From assembly GCA_030704615.1 (NCBI GenBank), contig CM060731.1, forward strand, positions 64,542,001-64,606,000: a DNA stretch of 64,000 nt, given 5' to 3'. Under the pieces are notes generated by a model that searched no databases, was not told where the DNA came from, and saw nothing but the letters and a program-made list of their open reading frames with translations. Below, piece after piece: positions 38,580 through 50,452 of the stretch; the first letter of the stretch is position 1; every line of letters begins with the position of its first letter. Source of the stretch: Takakia lepidozioides. Lineage: Eukaryota > Plantae > Bryophyta. A program made the position numbers and the translations under genes.

Positions 38580-39686
38580 ATGGAGGAGGAGATTTGGAGC
38601 AGGCTCCCTTTCGAGTTAGTGATGGTAGTGTTGGCCTGTTTGCCGTATCGAAGTCTGGCCCGCTTCAAGTCGGTTTGCAAGTTGTGGAACTCCCTCCCAT
38701 CCACTGCTTCTTTCCAACAACTTTGTCAGCACCTCCCTCTTCACCAAGACTCCTATATCTTGTTTTCAGGAGGAGATGTTCTTACGTTGTATGCGCCCAC
38801 AACTCGACGGTGGCACAGGATCGGCCTCAAACTCCCATTCCCCGAGGATAATTTTCTATTCAGAGTTAGTGCTGCAGATGGAGGCTTGTTTTGCATAACG
38901 GAGGATGGCGACGATGACGTATCATGCAGTGTGTACAATCCTCTGTTGAACAGTTCCAGACAATTGCCACAATTGCCTGCCCGGCCTGACGATTCAACAC
39001 ATTTCTACGTGGAAAGAGTAAATATGATTGTGGATAGATTCAGCAACACCTACAAGGTCCTTGCGATTTCAATCGATGACGAGGGAGGACTTTGGAGAAC
39101 GCACATCTATGACTCAACTTGCGAGTGTTGGACCGAGACTGGAAACCTGTCCTCAGTAACCGATGTTCCGTATTATTGTAGAGGAAGTGTGATATGTGGC
39201 CCTACTCTCTTTGCTCTATTTGATGGACGAGACTACATTTTGATGGCTTGTGACATTGGCAGCCGTGTGTGGACTAAAGTGACTGTACGGATGCCTGACT
39301 TCGGTAAAGGTGGTTTGTGTCGACTTGTAGAGAGTGAGGGGGGCCTGTTGCTGGTTGGGCCGCTTCGACATCAAATTCAGCTCTCACCATCACTCTGTGT
39401 GTGGGAGTTCAACGTTTCTACAACGGGTGCAGAGTGGCTGGAGATTGCAAGGACTGATGAGATTGCAGGAATTACTAGGCTGGTCGACATGGACGCCTTT
39501 CAAGTGGTGAGCCATGACAATCTCTTATTCATATGGAGCAGACTCCAGGAAGCAGTTGTGATATATGACATGAAGCAACACACATGGACCTCCACGGGAT
39601 TTCCACTTGATCTACAAGTGAGGGCCCTGCGAGACCCTCGCTTTAATTGTTTGGTTGGCGGTCTTAGTTTTGGTGCAAAAGTCTAG
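38580..39686 (+). CDS. F-box protein with kelch/FBA-like beta-propeller, intronless, 368 aa
   Basis: MEEEIWSRLPFELVMVVLACLPYRSLARFKSVCKLWNSL is an F-box; AADGGLFC, VYNPL and YKVLA motifs follow. The ORF is uninterrupted. Confidence 0.9.
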   Translation: MEEEIWSRLPFELVMVVLACLPYRSLARFKSVCKLWNSLPSTASFQQLCQHLPLHQDSYILFSGGDVLTLYAPTTRRWHRIGLKLPFPEDNFLFRVSAADGGLFCITEDGDDDVSCSVYNPLLNSSRQLPQLPARPDDSTHFYVERVNMIVDRFSNTYKVLAISIDDEGGLWRTHIYDSTCECWTETGNLSSVTDVPYYCRGSVICGPTLFALFDGRDYILMACDIGSRVWTKVTVRMPDFGKGGLCRLVESEGGLLLVGPLRHQIQLSPSLCVWEFNVSTTGAEWLEIARTDEIAGITRLVDMDAFQVVSHDNLLFIWSRLQEAVVIYDMKQHTWTSTGFPLDLQVRALRDPRFNCLVGGLSFGAKV

Positions 39687-41309
39687 ACAAGCTTCTGTTT
39701 TGTTTTGGAACATCCAATTCCATTGGAGACTTGTATGGCTTCTTTTTTCCCTTACCTTGTTGGGCTGCCATGCGCCATGTGCTTGTTGCCCGTGTTTACT
39801 TTGAAAGAGTTTTAATATTTCAAAAGTTGTGGCGGGGCAAGATTAGAATATGCAGCCTGCATATTGATGTGATGAAGTTGGTTGTCCCTTATGTGCTCAT
39901 AACTCTTGAGAGCCTCCTAACCAGTTTCGAGCATTTAGTATACTGGCATCATTGCACTCTATGCAACTACATCTCGTTTAGTCAGTCTGTCCAACACTTC
40001 TTTCACACTTCCACAATGTCTTATTAGCTATTCACCAAGGAGCTTTGAACCATGGAGATACTATGTGTAGTACCCTTGCCATCTCTACTGAAGGAAGGAC
40101 AAAAGACATGTGGAACAACAACAAAAATGCTTGAATGCAGCATAAATTGAGTGGAGCCATAACGATGAGCTGGTTTTCCTCTTAGCCCATGTGTGTGCTT
40201 GTACCTGAAAGGAAACTACATCAAGGCACTGTGCATTAGGTCAGCTTATTGAACATAACGAAAGGTTAGATGAGGTTGGTTTTCTATGATCACCATGGAG
40301 CTTGGGTACACAAATCTGAGAATGTACAGTGACAGTTAATGTAGGCTTGAACATAATTTTCAGCACAATCGTTTCCCTGTTAGATGTGCCTCCCTGCAAT
40401 TCCGAGAACAAACCACGAAGCCAAGAATTTTTCACCAAAGTGAATGACAGATACCTTCTCTTGCCTCTGCCACAGGGTTCAACAACTAGTCATGCACTCA
40501 AGCCGCTGGAGTAGACACCCCCATGATGGAGGTGCATGCTTTCCATGAAAAGGCTTACAGAAGTGTTTGGATGTTACTTCAGCACTACAAATTCGCCCTC
40601 TTCCTTTTGTCTGTCCAAAATGGGCCTGGGGTCTGCCACAAGACTGAGAAAAGTAGGATCGCAAGAACCAGGGCAATCAGGACAGTAATAGTGGTGGAGG
40701 TTATGATAAGTTAGTGAGGGCACAGAAGACATCCTGAACACAACTGGCATGAACAATTATGCCATTCAAGCAAAGGAGATAAACACTAGTTTTTTGTGCA
40801 GTTTGAAGTACCAATGAATACCTCCAGATCTCCTAACCACATCAGATCGGGTACCAGATGATTGCTGTCCATAGTCTCGTTGAAGTTGGTAGGGATGCTG
40901 GATGTACTCTATTAAACATCTCCATGTTTTTTCAATCAAACTACCAAACTATCACCATTTGAACCAGACTAGAGGCAGAAACCCATCGGTCAATCTCAGC
41001 AACTACTAAGAAAAGCTCTCTTCTCTCCACTCAATTAGAGTTAGGGTAGCAGTAGATTGCCAATGTCCACTGCTCCTCTTTGTCCCTATTCCTTCAGGCA
41101 GCTGTATGTCGTGCCTATGTACATGAAAAATGGTCCTTGTCTTCACCTAGAAATTGCTCACTGTCTCAGCCTCCCATGTTCTAGAACGTTTTCTGAACAT
41201 GATTTCACTCCAACTTGCCTCAAATTCCCCAACATTCGTCTCTCTGTTGTTCCACTCTCCTGTCCTCTAGGAAGCCTATTGCCATTGGGTGGACTTAATA
41301 CGGGAGTAC

Positions 41310-44300
41310 ATTAATGTCTCTGTGACTAAATGCCGGCCTTGTGACCTCGTGTCTTTGTTTGTTTTGACCTGAAGCGCTTGCTCCAGGTAAGGTAGTGCAT
41401 TGGATTTAGTTGGAAAGCTTGGGGCCTTTCCCTCTTTAGAACATGCCTACACGGGCCATTCCCTGCAACTCCCTGGTGTGTGATCTCTGAATGGTAACAA
41501 GCGGACCCCTACCGCTTGGGGGCAGCCCCTCCGCCCAAATTGGGCAGTCGTATGCTCTGTCTAGCATACTCGGCACTTGGGCTAGGGTTGGTCCTTGTGC
41601 TTAAACTTATGGCCTATGAAAACAATCATTACATTACCTACTGTCAACAGCAACACTCCCCAGGGGGAATTGGTTACTTATGCCAAATCTAGGACTTCAT
41701 GTGTAGTTTTTGGGGTGAATCCCAGGATGGACTCTAGCTTAGGCTAGGATTTCATGGCCAATGGCTCCATCTCGAGACTTGATAACAGGGGTACTTTGAA
41801 GGTTGCAATGCCCAAAAATGCTTCTAATAGAGTCTCACATCAACTCAATCTCAAAGAAGTTCGTCCCTTGACTGGCTGGAGGGCGGTTTTAGACATTGGT
41901 GAGTCAATGGGGCGCCCTAGGAAGACAACCAAGGGCAGGGACTTCAACTTGAGAGTTTCTAATCGGTTTGATGCTCTGGACGAGGTTGAATCCAAGCAGC
42001 CTGACGGACAATCTGCCCATAAGTGTACGGAATCTAAACGTCGTGTATCTGAAGGATTTGGTACTCTGAACGGTTTACCAATCCTCAAAGTTTACACAAG
42101 ACGTGCAAAATCCATACATGGGGTAATTGTCACTAAGCAGTCAGACGGACAACTTGTCCCTAAGTGTGCGGAGTCTGAACGTCATGTAACTGAAGGATTT
42201 GGTACTCTGAATGGTTTACCAATTCTCAAAGTTTACACAAGACGAGCAAAATCTACACACGGGGTAACTGTCCCCCCTTTGCAGAACGGTTGGCATCCAG
42301 GAGCAATCTTAAGTTACCTAGACGACAAACAATTCACATGCAAAGGGCTGGCTTGCGGCTAGCCACTTTCAACTTCTCAGGGCTGACTAACCAAAGGAAA
42401 CAACTCGAAGTGGGACAAGTTCATCGGACTAATGATATTCATATCTGTGCTGGGCAAGAAACATGGGAAACGTCGGATAAACTGGTTGGAGATGTCAATG
42501 GTTATAAATGGGCAGGTAAGATGTGTACTCTCAAGGCAGCCTCTGCCAAACGCGGTCAAAAAGGGGTTGGATTCTTTGTCCGTGATTTCTTGTTTGACAA
42601 TTGTGAAATTATCAACAAGGGTTTGAGGTACAAGCATAGTAAAGCTGAAACTGAAGGGCGGCATGAGTACGAAGGACCTCTTTGTGGGTTGTGTTTACAT
42701 GCCCACAAAGGGGACCCTTAGTGCTGACGCAGACAAAGCCTTCGAAGATGTAAAGCTAGACTGTGCTTCGTTCCTTGCCAAAGGTCAGGTGATTTTATTG
42801 GGTGACTTCAATGCCCGGGTGGGTAAAGGTCTCCATCAGGATGATATCATTGGGCCTTTTGGTGAGGACGAGCTGAACTCTAATGGCAGACGGTTAATTA
42901 ACTGTCTGAAAGAGCTTCAGCTTCTGGCCTTGAACAATAGGGCAAAAGGTGACCAAGTGCAGTGGACTCATGAGAAAGCCCAAACTGGGAACGTTCCATT
43001 GTGGATTAAATCATAATGGACAAAGATTTGTTTCCCCAGAAAGCCAATGTGTTGATCGACAGAACTGATATTGGTACCTCTGACCACTTCCTGGTTTGGA
43101 CTGAGATCAAAAGGTGTTTTCCCAACACCAAGTGATCTGTGAACGGTCGATTCGGAAGTCATAGAAAAATTCCAAAGTGAAGAGGTTAAGGCTGAGTATG
43201 TCCAGGCCTTGCAAGAGGCTCTCCCTCATTTTGTCCACTTGCTCCAAGACCTTCTCTCGCTCTGGCAATGCAAGAAATGAAGTTGAAAGAGCAGTGGATT
43301 CTTGGGAGGGTTTCGTCTCCTCTGTGGCTGACAAGATCATTGGGAGGAAACTAGTAGAGCTGTTAATTGGTGGACCAATGAGATTAAACTCAAGATAGTT
43401 GAGAGACGAGTCCTCTGTAAAGAGTTCTGCAATTTGAATACCAACAAAGAATTGTGGGCTAGGTACTACCAGATCTGCAAAGATATCAATCAGCTTGAAG
43501 GTCTCAGAAGAAATTATAGTTGGACAAACTATACAGTGAAATAAACTCAATTTGACCCTTCAACATTTATACAAGCCAAAAAATTGTCAGCAAGTACAAG
43601 CGCTGAGGACTACTAAGGGTGCAGTGGTGACTTCAACGGTTGACATCGTTGAAACCCACTACAGGTCTAACAGTGAGGGGTCCTCAGAAGAATGGAAGCA
43701 CACAGTTGGAAAAACTGTTCCTATGATTCAAGACAGCCCTGATGAATTGTAGTACAATGCTCCCATTAGTTCTGAGATTGTGGCTGCACATTTTCAGAAA
43801 GTTGTTCAAATTGGCAAGCGCAAAGTGCTGGGTCTCACTAAATTTTTCCACTGCAGAGGGATCAACTCTGAGGTTAAAAAAACCATGCTTTGTCGCGTTA
43901 TTAGACCTGCCTTGGAGTACGCATCTGCAATATGGATCGATAACCCCAAGTCTCTAGAATCCATTCGTGGGGGTGCTTAAGGAGTGCATGTCAGCATGCT
44001 CCAAAACAGCCAATGTGGCTGTTTGGGGTGAGTTTGGCATCCCTTCCTTAAGCTCCCGACGAGATGAATTCAAGGTCAGATGGTGGGGTCAGTTGCAACA
44101 CATGTCCAACACCAGATACCCTAAGTTAATCGACTCTATATCTTGGAAACAGGACCGCCCTGTCAAACAGGCTAAGTCCTGGCAGAAGAGAGTAGAAGAG
44201 ATTCTCAAGGATCTGAATCTGGACCCGCAAGTCTTGACCTTGCTGGACAAATCTGACTTAGAGACTGTAGTGTCCAAAGCCATGTCTGTTACTAGAAAAT

Positions 44301-44878
44301 TGTCTGATGCAAATGAAGTTAGGCAGAAAACTTCCCTGAACCTGTTTCCAGTCTGTGACATGGGGGAGGATATCATGGATGACCTCAAGGGTCTACCCAC
44401 TCTCGGCGCCAGACTGAAATTTAATCTCAGGGCAGGAAGCCTACCTTTGAACAGTAAACAGAAGCAGAGAGGAAAGGGAGAGTGCAATTGCCCATTGTGT
44501 GGGCAACCCGAAGACAATATTCATTTTCTGATTCACTGTCCGGGGTACTCTCACCAGAGAGATGCTCTCCTCCAATCTATCAAGAGAATTGTGCCTGTAC
44601 CTCTGTTTACCAACTTTGAAAGTCTCGAGGCTGAGCCAAAAGCCCAGGCCCTTCTGAGGCCTAGTTTTTGGGCAAATCACACACAGTGGATTGATGCTTG
44701 TGTGAAGGGATTTCGAGAGGATATCTGGAAAACCCGAATCAATTCTATTTATAAAGGGGTGTCTTACTACCAATGTCAGCCCCTGACAGAGGTAGGTTCT
44801 GTCCCTTTGGTTTCCGCTCAAACTGGGCGCGGGGTCAATGGCCACAAGGCTACGGCAAACAACGTCCTATGAGTACAT
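41310..44878 (+). mobile_element. RTE/RTEX-like LINE family A, internally deleted (APE endonuclease and C-terminal CCHC retained, RT core missing)
   Basis: EN motifs: LATFNFSGL, QETW, GVGFFV, VYMP, GDFNARVG, NSNGRRL, SDHFLV. Post-RT: RPALEYASAIW. Finger: CPLCGQPEDNIHFLIHC. No YADD region is present and there are many frameshifts. The 5' boundary is approximate. Confidence 0.88.
41994..42272 (+). repeat. In-frame 2 x 141-bp (47-aa) tandem repeat in the LINE N-terminal ORF
   Basis: KQ.DGQ...KC.ES.R.V.EGFGTLNGLPILKVYTRRAKS.HGV occurs twice; units start at 41994 and 42135. Confidence 0.92.
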
Positions 44879-44879
44879 T

Positions 44880-45140
44880 CTTTCCGTTGTTCCAGACAAA
44901 CGGCTTGGAACCCATGTTGAGTTGCAGATGGAGCGTCAGACGTTGGATGTGAGAGAGGATCTTCACAAAAGCCCTGCTGATTTGAGGATTTTGTGGGTGT
45001 CAAAGATCCTTTACTGGTCTGGGTGCATGCCCGAGCAAGGTGCCCAAATCCTTTGCATTTTTGACAATGATTTGGAGGTACATCGTATGCGACAGGTTGC
45101 TCAAGGAAGCCCTCGTCCGTATACAAGGATATCCACAAAG
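44880..45140 (-). mobile_element. L1-type LINE ORF1 zinc-knuckle fragment
   Basis: EQPVAYDVPPNHCQKCKGFGHLARAC (CX2CX4HX4C preceded by the Q.V.Y motif). Confidence 0.7.
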
Positions 45141-45421
45141 CCAGGATGAGTATGCGAAAAGAAGTTTGAAGTCTTTCGAGAATTTGAAGTCTTTCGAGAA
45201 TTCACAGTCTTTCCTGCACTTTGTGGAACGATTGCACAACTGTGAACCTTCAATGAAATTTTGAAAGGATCCACAATTTTACTGTGCGATGTGTAATTTA
45301 TCAAACCTCATTCATTGCTGGTGAGAATGGCCCTCAAACATGGGTACAGATGTTCTAGCCTATGGACAGAACAGAAACCTTGGGATGGATTCCGTTTCCT
45401 AGAATGTGAGATTCACTGTAC

Positions 45422-45930
45422 CTGTTCTTACTTCCTCCACTTTTCTCCCCTTATCCACTCAGTGGCAGGCCCCACACAGTTGATTTAAGAGAATTGAAAT
45501 GCACACACAAATGAGCAATTCATCTAGAAAGGAAGATGTGATATTTTGAACATCGAAGTCACACAAAACACAGCATCAATCTAGATTGAGTGCAGGAGAG
45601 CGGCACTGGTCAAACACCCATGTCCTTGGTCTTGAATGCAACCAGTGGTAGGGATAGTGTCAACAGGAGAGATATTTGCAACTTCTTGGTAAGATATCTG
45701 TCCAATTACCCACAGAGGAATCTGAGGCAATGGCAGCCCGCATGGAAAGGTCTGAAGCAGGAAGCAACCATTGTGCCAGTAGCTTTATCCGCCCTTGTCT
45801 GCAGCTCCCTTCCATCCCCGCAAGCTGAACTCCCACCGATCCCGTTCCTACATTTGGATCATATTTATCAAAGGATCCAACATTGTGAAGGCTGTTAAAA
45901 TGCTCCACTGCCTTCTTGTGAATGCTTGAT
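45422..45930 (-). pseudogene. ISU1: Fe-S scaffold ISU1/IscU pseudogene, exons 1-2
   Basis: VEHFNSLHNVGSFDKYDPNVGTGSVGV/ACGD..LQ.R.DKATG.MV..CFRPF/CG.AIAS.SSV, then a GT donor at 45709. TEWIRG..KN lies at 45465-45422. Frameshifted. Confidence 0.85.
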
Positions 45931-46707
45931 GAAACTACTTGCCTACTTGAGCATCTATGATAGCCCTCGAAGCTTCCGTAGGTACAATGCCAAAACAGGG
46001 TGAGAAGAAGGCCGTGTACCTTTTGTGCACATTACATTCTATTTGGTAGCCTTCTCATTGTGCAGGTGTGATAAGGAAAGAGTTGGCAACAGCTGAGACA
46101 GGTAGACGGGTGCGAAAGTTCATATGTGATTCAGCGGATGAGAGCGATGCAGACATGGAGGACGACGACCCAACGGAGGTGAGATGGTCGGTTCCGCAAG
46201 GGGAAGATGGGATTTTCGAAAGCCTGGCCAAAATCGTCAGTTTGTGTGACAAAACTTCTATCACCTCTGACATGAAATCTGGAAGACATCAAGCAAAGAC
46301 AAACATCCAACTGAAGTTCTATTGGAATCTGGAGATCATGTAGTTGATTTGATATGCTCCTGAAGGACTCAGCTGTAACCTCTCGAGAAAACTGAACACC
46401 TTCTAACGTGAAGCTCCAAGCGAGCTCCAAAACAGACACACCAAGTCAAGATCCTACTACCCAGATAAAATCCTTGGCAACCAAATGGCTTCAACACCAC
46501 ACACTACAGAGGTACTACGGAGTTTGACGAATGATTTCCGCAGATAAATAGACAAGCCTGGGAAAAAGATTTTCTGATTATTCCACTCCCTATGCCTGTC
46601 GGTTTGAAGTCACCAACAGACCTGCTGTTTCAAAAATGGAATGAAAGTCCACCACGAATGGATGTGGAGTTTGACAGTATCGTTTTACCTTGGTTGTAGT
46701 GTCTCAG

Positions 46708-46868
46708 TGACATTGCAAAGCACCTTTAACTTCCGCCTCTGAACCTACACTGCAGCATGCTTCGCCGAAGATGCAATTAAAGCAGCTGTGAAAGATTATC
46801 AGGCCAAGAAGGCAAAGAGGGCAGACGGGTCCAAACCCCATGATAGAATTGCTGCAGCAGCAGCCTGA
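46708..46868 (+). pseudogene. ISU1: ISU1/IscU pseudogene, last exon (opposite strand to exons 1-2)
   Basis: After a CAG acceptor: DIAKHL*LPPLNLHCSML/AEDAIKAAVKDYQAKK, the LPPVKLHCSMLAEDAIKAA signature. Confidence 0.88.
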
Positions 46869-48078
46869 ATCTGCAACTTCCCAGAGTTTATAGTTTATGT
46901 ACATTTACTAGACGGCATTCCTCTCATGCAGAGAAAATGGAAAATAACAACAGAAGTGAAGAACCATTTGTGGGATTTAGCCTTCGTAGTTGTTTGAGAG
47001 AAGGAAAATTTTCACCTAGCCATTACCTACTTTAGTGTCACAGTCACACCCATCAGTGGTTGTCATCACACTTTCGTCAAAAGGGTTTCAATTCTCCTAC
47101 CCTGATCAACTGCTGATCTAGTGCCCATTCCTCAGGAGTCGGACATTACGGACCTAAACGCGATGGTGGCCACGCGGGCTGCGGAGCGAAATTGCCGATG
47201 TCCTCACTGTGTAGAACCAACGCCCATCGCCCATCGAAGACCTACCCTTGTTCGACTTTGAGACGGGGTTACATGTTGAAGTCAGTCTAAATGCCCACTA
47301 GTGCATTGAGCTGTATGCAAGGTGCATTGGATGCCGTGCATAAAATGTGTGAGTTGGCCCAAGCTTCAAGATTTCCCTTTTCCAAAGCTTCCGTTGAAGT
47401 GACACAACAAGCATCGATTATGATGGTGTAATCCAACTCGAGCGAGTAAAGCTCAGGGTACCTGTGCCATCAAATAGAGCAACAGAGAAGCTGCACCGCT
47501 TCTCTGCGCTGGCATCTTTGCTCAAAGTCCTCAGTGTGCACAATCCCTCTTTGAACTCAACTTTTCTAGGCTGGAATTCAGTTATAGTGGGGATAATACG
47601 ACCAGTGCCACAGGCAGACAAAGGACATATGTTTTGAACCCGAGTAGTTGTAGACGGCTCTGGATGGAGAGTTCGTGTTACTAGGCTTTCCCGTGCCTGC
47701 GCTGGCAGCGCCTTATGGACTGCAACCAGCACTGGAAACGAAATGTATCTGCAACATGACCAGCCCCTTTTCCATCCCTTGATACTGTTGCATACCGACC
47801 AAGAAAGGAGGAATCACAAGAGCGGCATATCCAGCTTGCACTCTGCCGTCTCCGATTTCTCGCACATGGAAGGATTTTTCAAGCAATTTTAGGGTTTCTA
47901 TGTATAGACCACAAAATACAAAGCAGGGCTGGAATAGTAAAAGGGAAGTGGGTGGCGAGCAAAGAAGGTCCGAGTATCAGAGGCTCAAGGCTGAGGCTCT
48001 CTTCCAGAAAAGATCTTGCTTATGAAATGTGAGCTCACTCCTTTTTTGGGGAAATTCGTAACGCAGGGCAAGGACACG

Positions 48079-48452
48079 AATGACATTCAAAAGTTGGAAC
48101 AGGATTTTTGCCATGGGTACATAGAGGGTCAATCTGTTTTTTACGTTTCCTTGACGGACTCCGGTGGCAGAGAGGTGTTGGTGGACGAGTCCATTGTTGG
48201 AGGCTGGGATCCTATCTAGCGACAGATAAACGAGGAGTTCGAATCTATCATTTGCAAGAGGCTCGTCACCCAGCCTTTCTCAGGCAAGATGTTTCATGTC
48301 TGGGATGGCAACCACCGATTGCTTGCCTAGAGGAACATGATCGAGAGATATCATAGCACCGAGGATGAGTGGCACTACTCTGTGGCCTCAATGGTGTTGG
48401 ATCCCAAGGGAAACGTCACTGCACTATTGACGGCAATGCATGACGTTAACAA
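48079..48452 (+). pseudogene. ParB/sulfiredoxin-fold-like exon remnant (DGNHR motif)
   Basis: A single frame reads DIQKLEQDFCHGY...VFYVSL...WDPI*...KMFHVWDGNHRLLA*...LLTAMHDVN, then a GTAAGT donor. Two TAG stops are present. Confidence 0.6.
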
Positions 48453-48556
48453 GTAAGTGTCTTCTTCCCCTTTTATTGTTTGACATTTTTCCATGTCTAT
48501 CTGTTCGCTTTTAGCACTCACTGATTACATACCACTGTATGTGACAGGGGAACTGA

Positions 48557-50452
48557 TCCTAGCCTCTGACACTCATCACAACTCTTACAATACTTGTGTA
48601 CATCCTTGAACAAAGTAGGCCACCAGTAACCTGCAAGTAGTATCTTTCTACTGGTAGTCTCTTCTCCAAAATGACCTTCAGCCACTCATTTATGAACTTC
48701 CTCCAAAACTTTATTTACTTCATGGTGGTACAAGCATCGTTTAAGTACTCCATCAGGTCCTAGCTTATACATTCTGCCCCCTACCATAGTATAAGGTAAA
48801 GCCTTGATAGCGATTCTCTTCCTCTGCTCCTTTCCATAACTAGGTGGGCACTGACTATGAGTAAGGTGGTATCTGATTGGCCACTGCCAATCTAACCAGT
48901 CATCTGCACTTCCCTGCACCTCCACTGCAAACAAACTCGCATCAGGTAGTTGGTCGTCTACTCCTGTAGCGGCAGCCTGTGCCTACAATAAGATGCCACA
49001 GCCAATAGCTGTCCAATGGTAATCTCCGCTTTGGACTGGCATATTACTTCAGCCAAAGTCCCTTCATTACTTTACATTTCTGCAACTTCTTTCTTCCTTT
49101 CATCCTCACTCACTTCCTCTTCTCTTTCAGAATCAGATGAATCTGCCATAGGAATATCAGTACTCTTCTGCATTTCCCTTATGGTATCTGCCACTTCCTT
49201 GTGCAGTTCCTTCTCATCTCTCTAAGCCTCATCATCTTCAGGCACATCACTGCCATCTTCTTTATCATCACCTTCCTCATCTACTGGAGGTATTAATTTA
49301 GCTTTGCTTATGGTTACTATCATTGTACTTACTTCTGGTACAACACATGGCCTAACCATATGAACTGCCACCACCGGCCTCTCATTCACAAGAGCTCTCA
49401 TCTCATTCTGGTGTCTGATCCAGAACGGACAGGCTGCCTTGCGATGTCTTGCCTGATTACAATGGTAACACATTTCTTCCCCATTAGGTCCTCGCCCTTG
49501 GTCTGTTCTGGGATTGTTTCTGTAATCCTAATTCCCTGGCTAGTAATTCCCCCTTGGATTACCCTGATAGTTGCCTCTGGAATTTCCTTAGTAATTCCCT
49601 CTTGGATTACCTCTCATTTTCATGCCATTGTTATAACCACCAGGCCTACCATAGTGGTCGTGATCACTGTTTCTTCTTGGCTGGGGTTGCACTTGATGCA
49701 CCCTTACTTGCCTAGGTTCTCTTGCAGCTGTCCTTCTGTTGTAGTAACAATTCTCAGTAGAATGGTTATCCATTTTACAGATAGTACAGTGTTTCTCCTT
49801 CATGTGGCATTCAGTGGTGGTATGGCCTTCATTCTGGCATTTTGCACACCAAACACCCTTCCTCCAATATGTTGCAGCCTCCGTAACATACTTCTTTAAG
49901 ATTTCTTCTAATCTTTTCTCATAGTTTCTTCAACTTTTCCTTCCTCTTACTCTTCCTCTTCCTCTTAAGCTCTTGCTCTTCTTCCTCATCTGACTCATCC
50001 TCAGAGTCCTCATCATCCATTTTCTCTCTCCTGAGCATTCCCAATTGCTCAATTCTGTTCGCTGTTTCAAATGCCTCATCCACTGTATTATGGGGTAACA
50101 TATCCACTTTCTTTTGCAACTCTGGTCTTAGTCCACTCACAAACCAAGTCTTCTGTAAACCTGGTGCTGGTACAGCAGCCAACTTTTTCATCATCAATTC
50201 CATCTTTTCCATATACTCTTCAACAGTTTCATGCTTCTTTTGCTTTAACTGTTGTAAACTTCCATATACTTCATCCTCAGTTTTACTTGTCCTGAACCTA
50301 TTTCGGAATGTCGTATTCAAGCCATTCCAGGTTAGGAAATGATAATTAGGGAATCTTGCATACCATTCACTTGCTTTCTTTATAAATGAACAAGGAAACA
50401 GTCTCATCTTGGCATCATCGTCATTCTCATTGTTCTTGAGTGTGCAAATAAG
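48557..50452 (-). mobile_element. Ty3/Gypsy gag (with Zn knuckles) joined to the integrase HHCC region; PR-RT-RNaseH deleted
   Basis: Gag: AKMRLFPCSF..ASEWY, QQLKQKKHETVEEY. Knuckles: CAKCQNEGHTTTEC, CTICKMDNHSTENC, CYHCNQARHRKAAC. IN: GHFG...ILLAGYWWPTLFKDV..YCKSCDECQRLG. Confidence 0.92.

Noticed and set aside
41328-41355. HDV-like ribozyme (gacctcgtgtc) at the LINE 5' end
   Set aside because: The loop is too short, and P1/P2/P4 pairings could not be assembled.
45820-45870. YDPNVGTGS as a TRM11-like methyltransferase motif I
   Set aside because: The flanking residues (NVGSFDK, ACGD, AIAS) match IscU far better.
46068-46420. Acidic ORF followed by YAPE (kinase-like?)
   Set aside because: A single short motif with stops around it and no other kinase subdomains.
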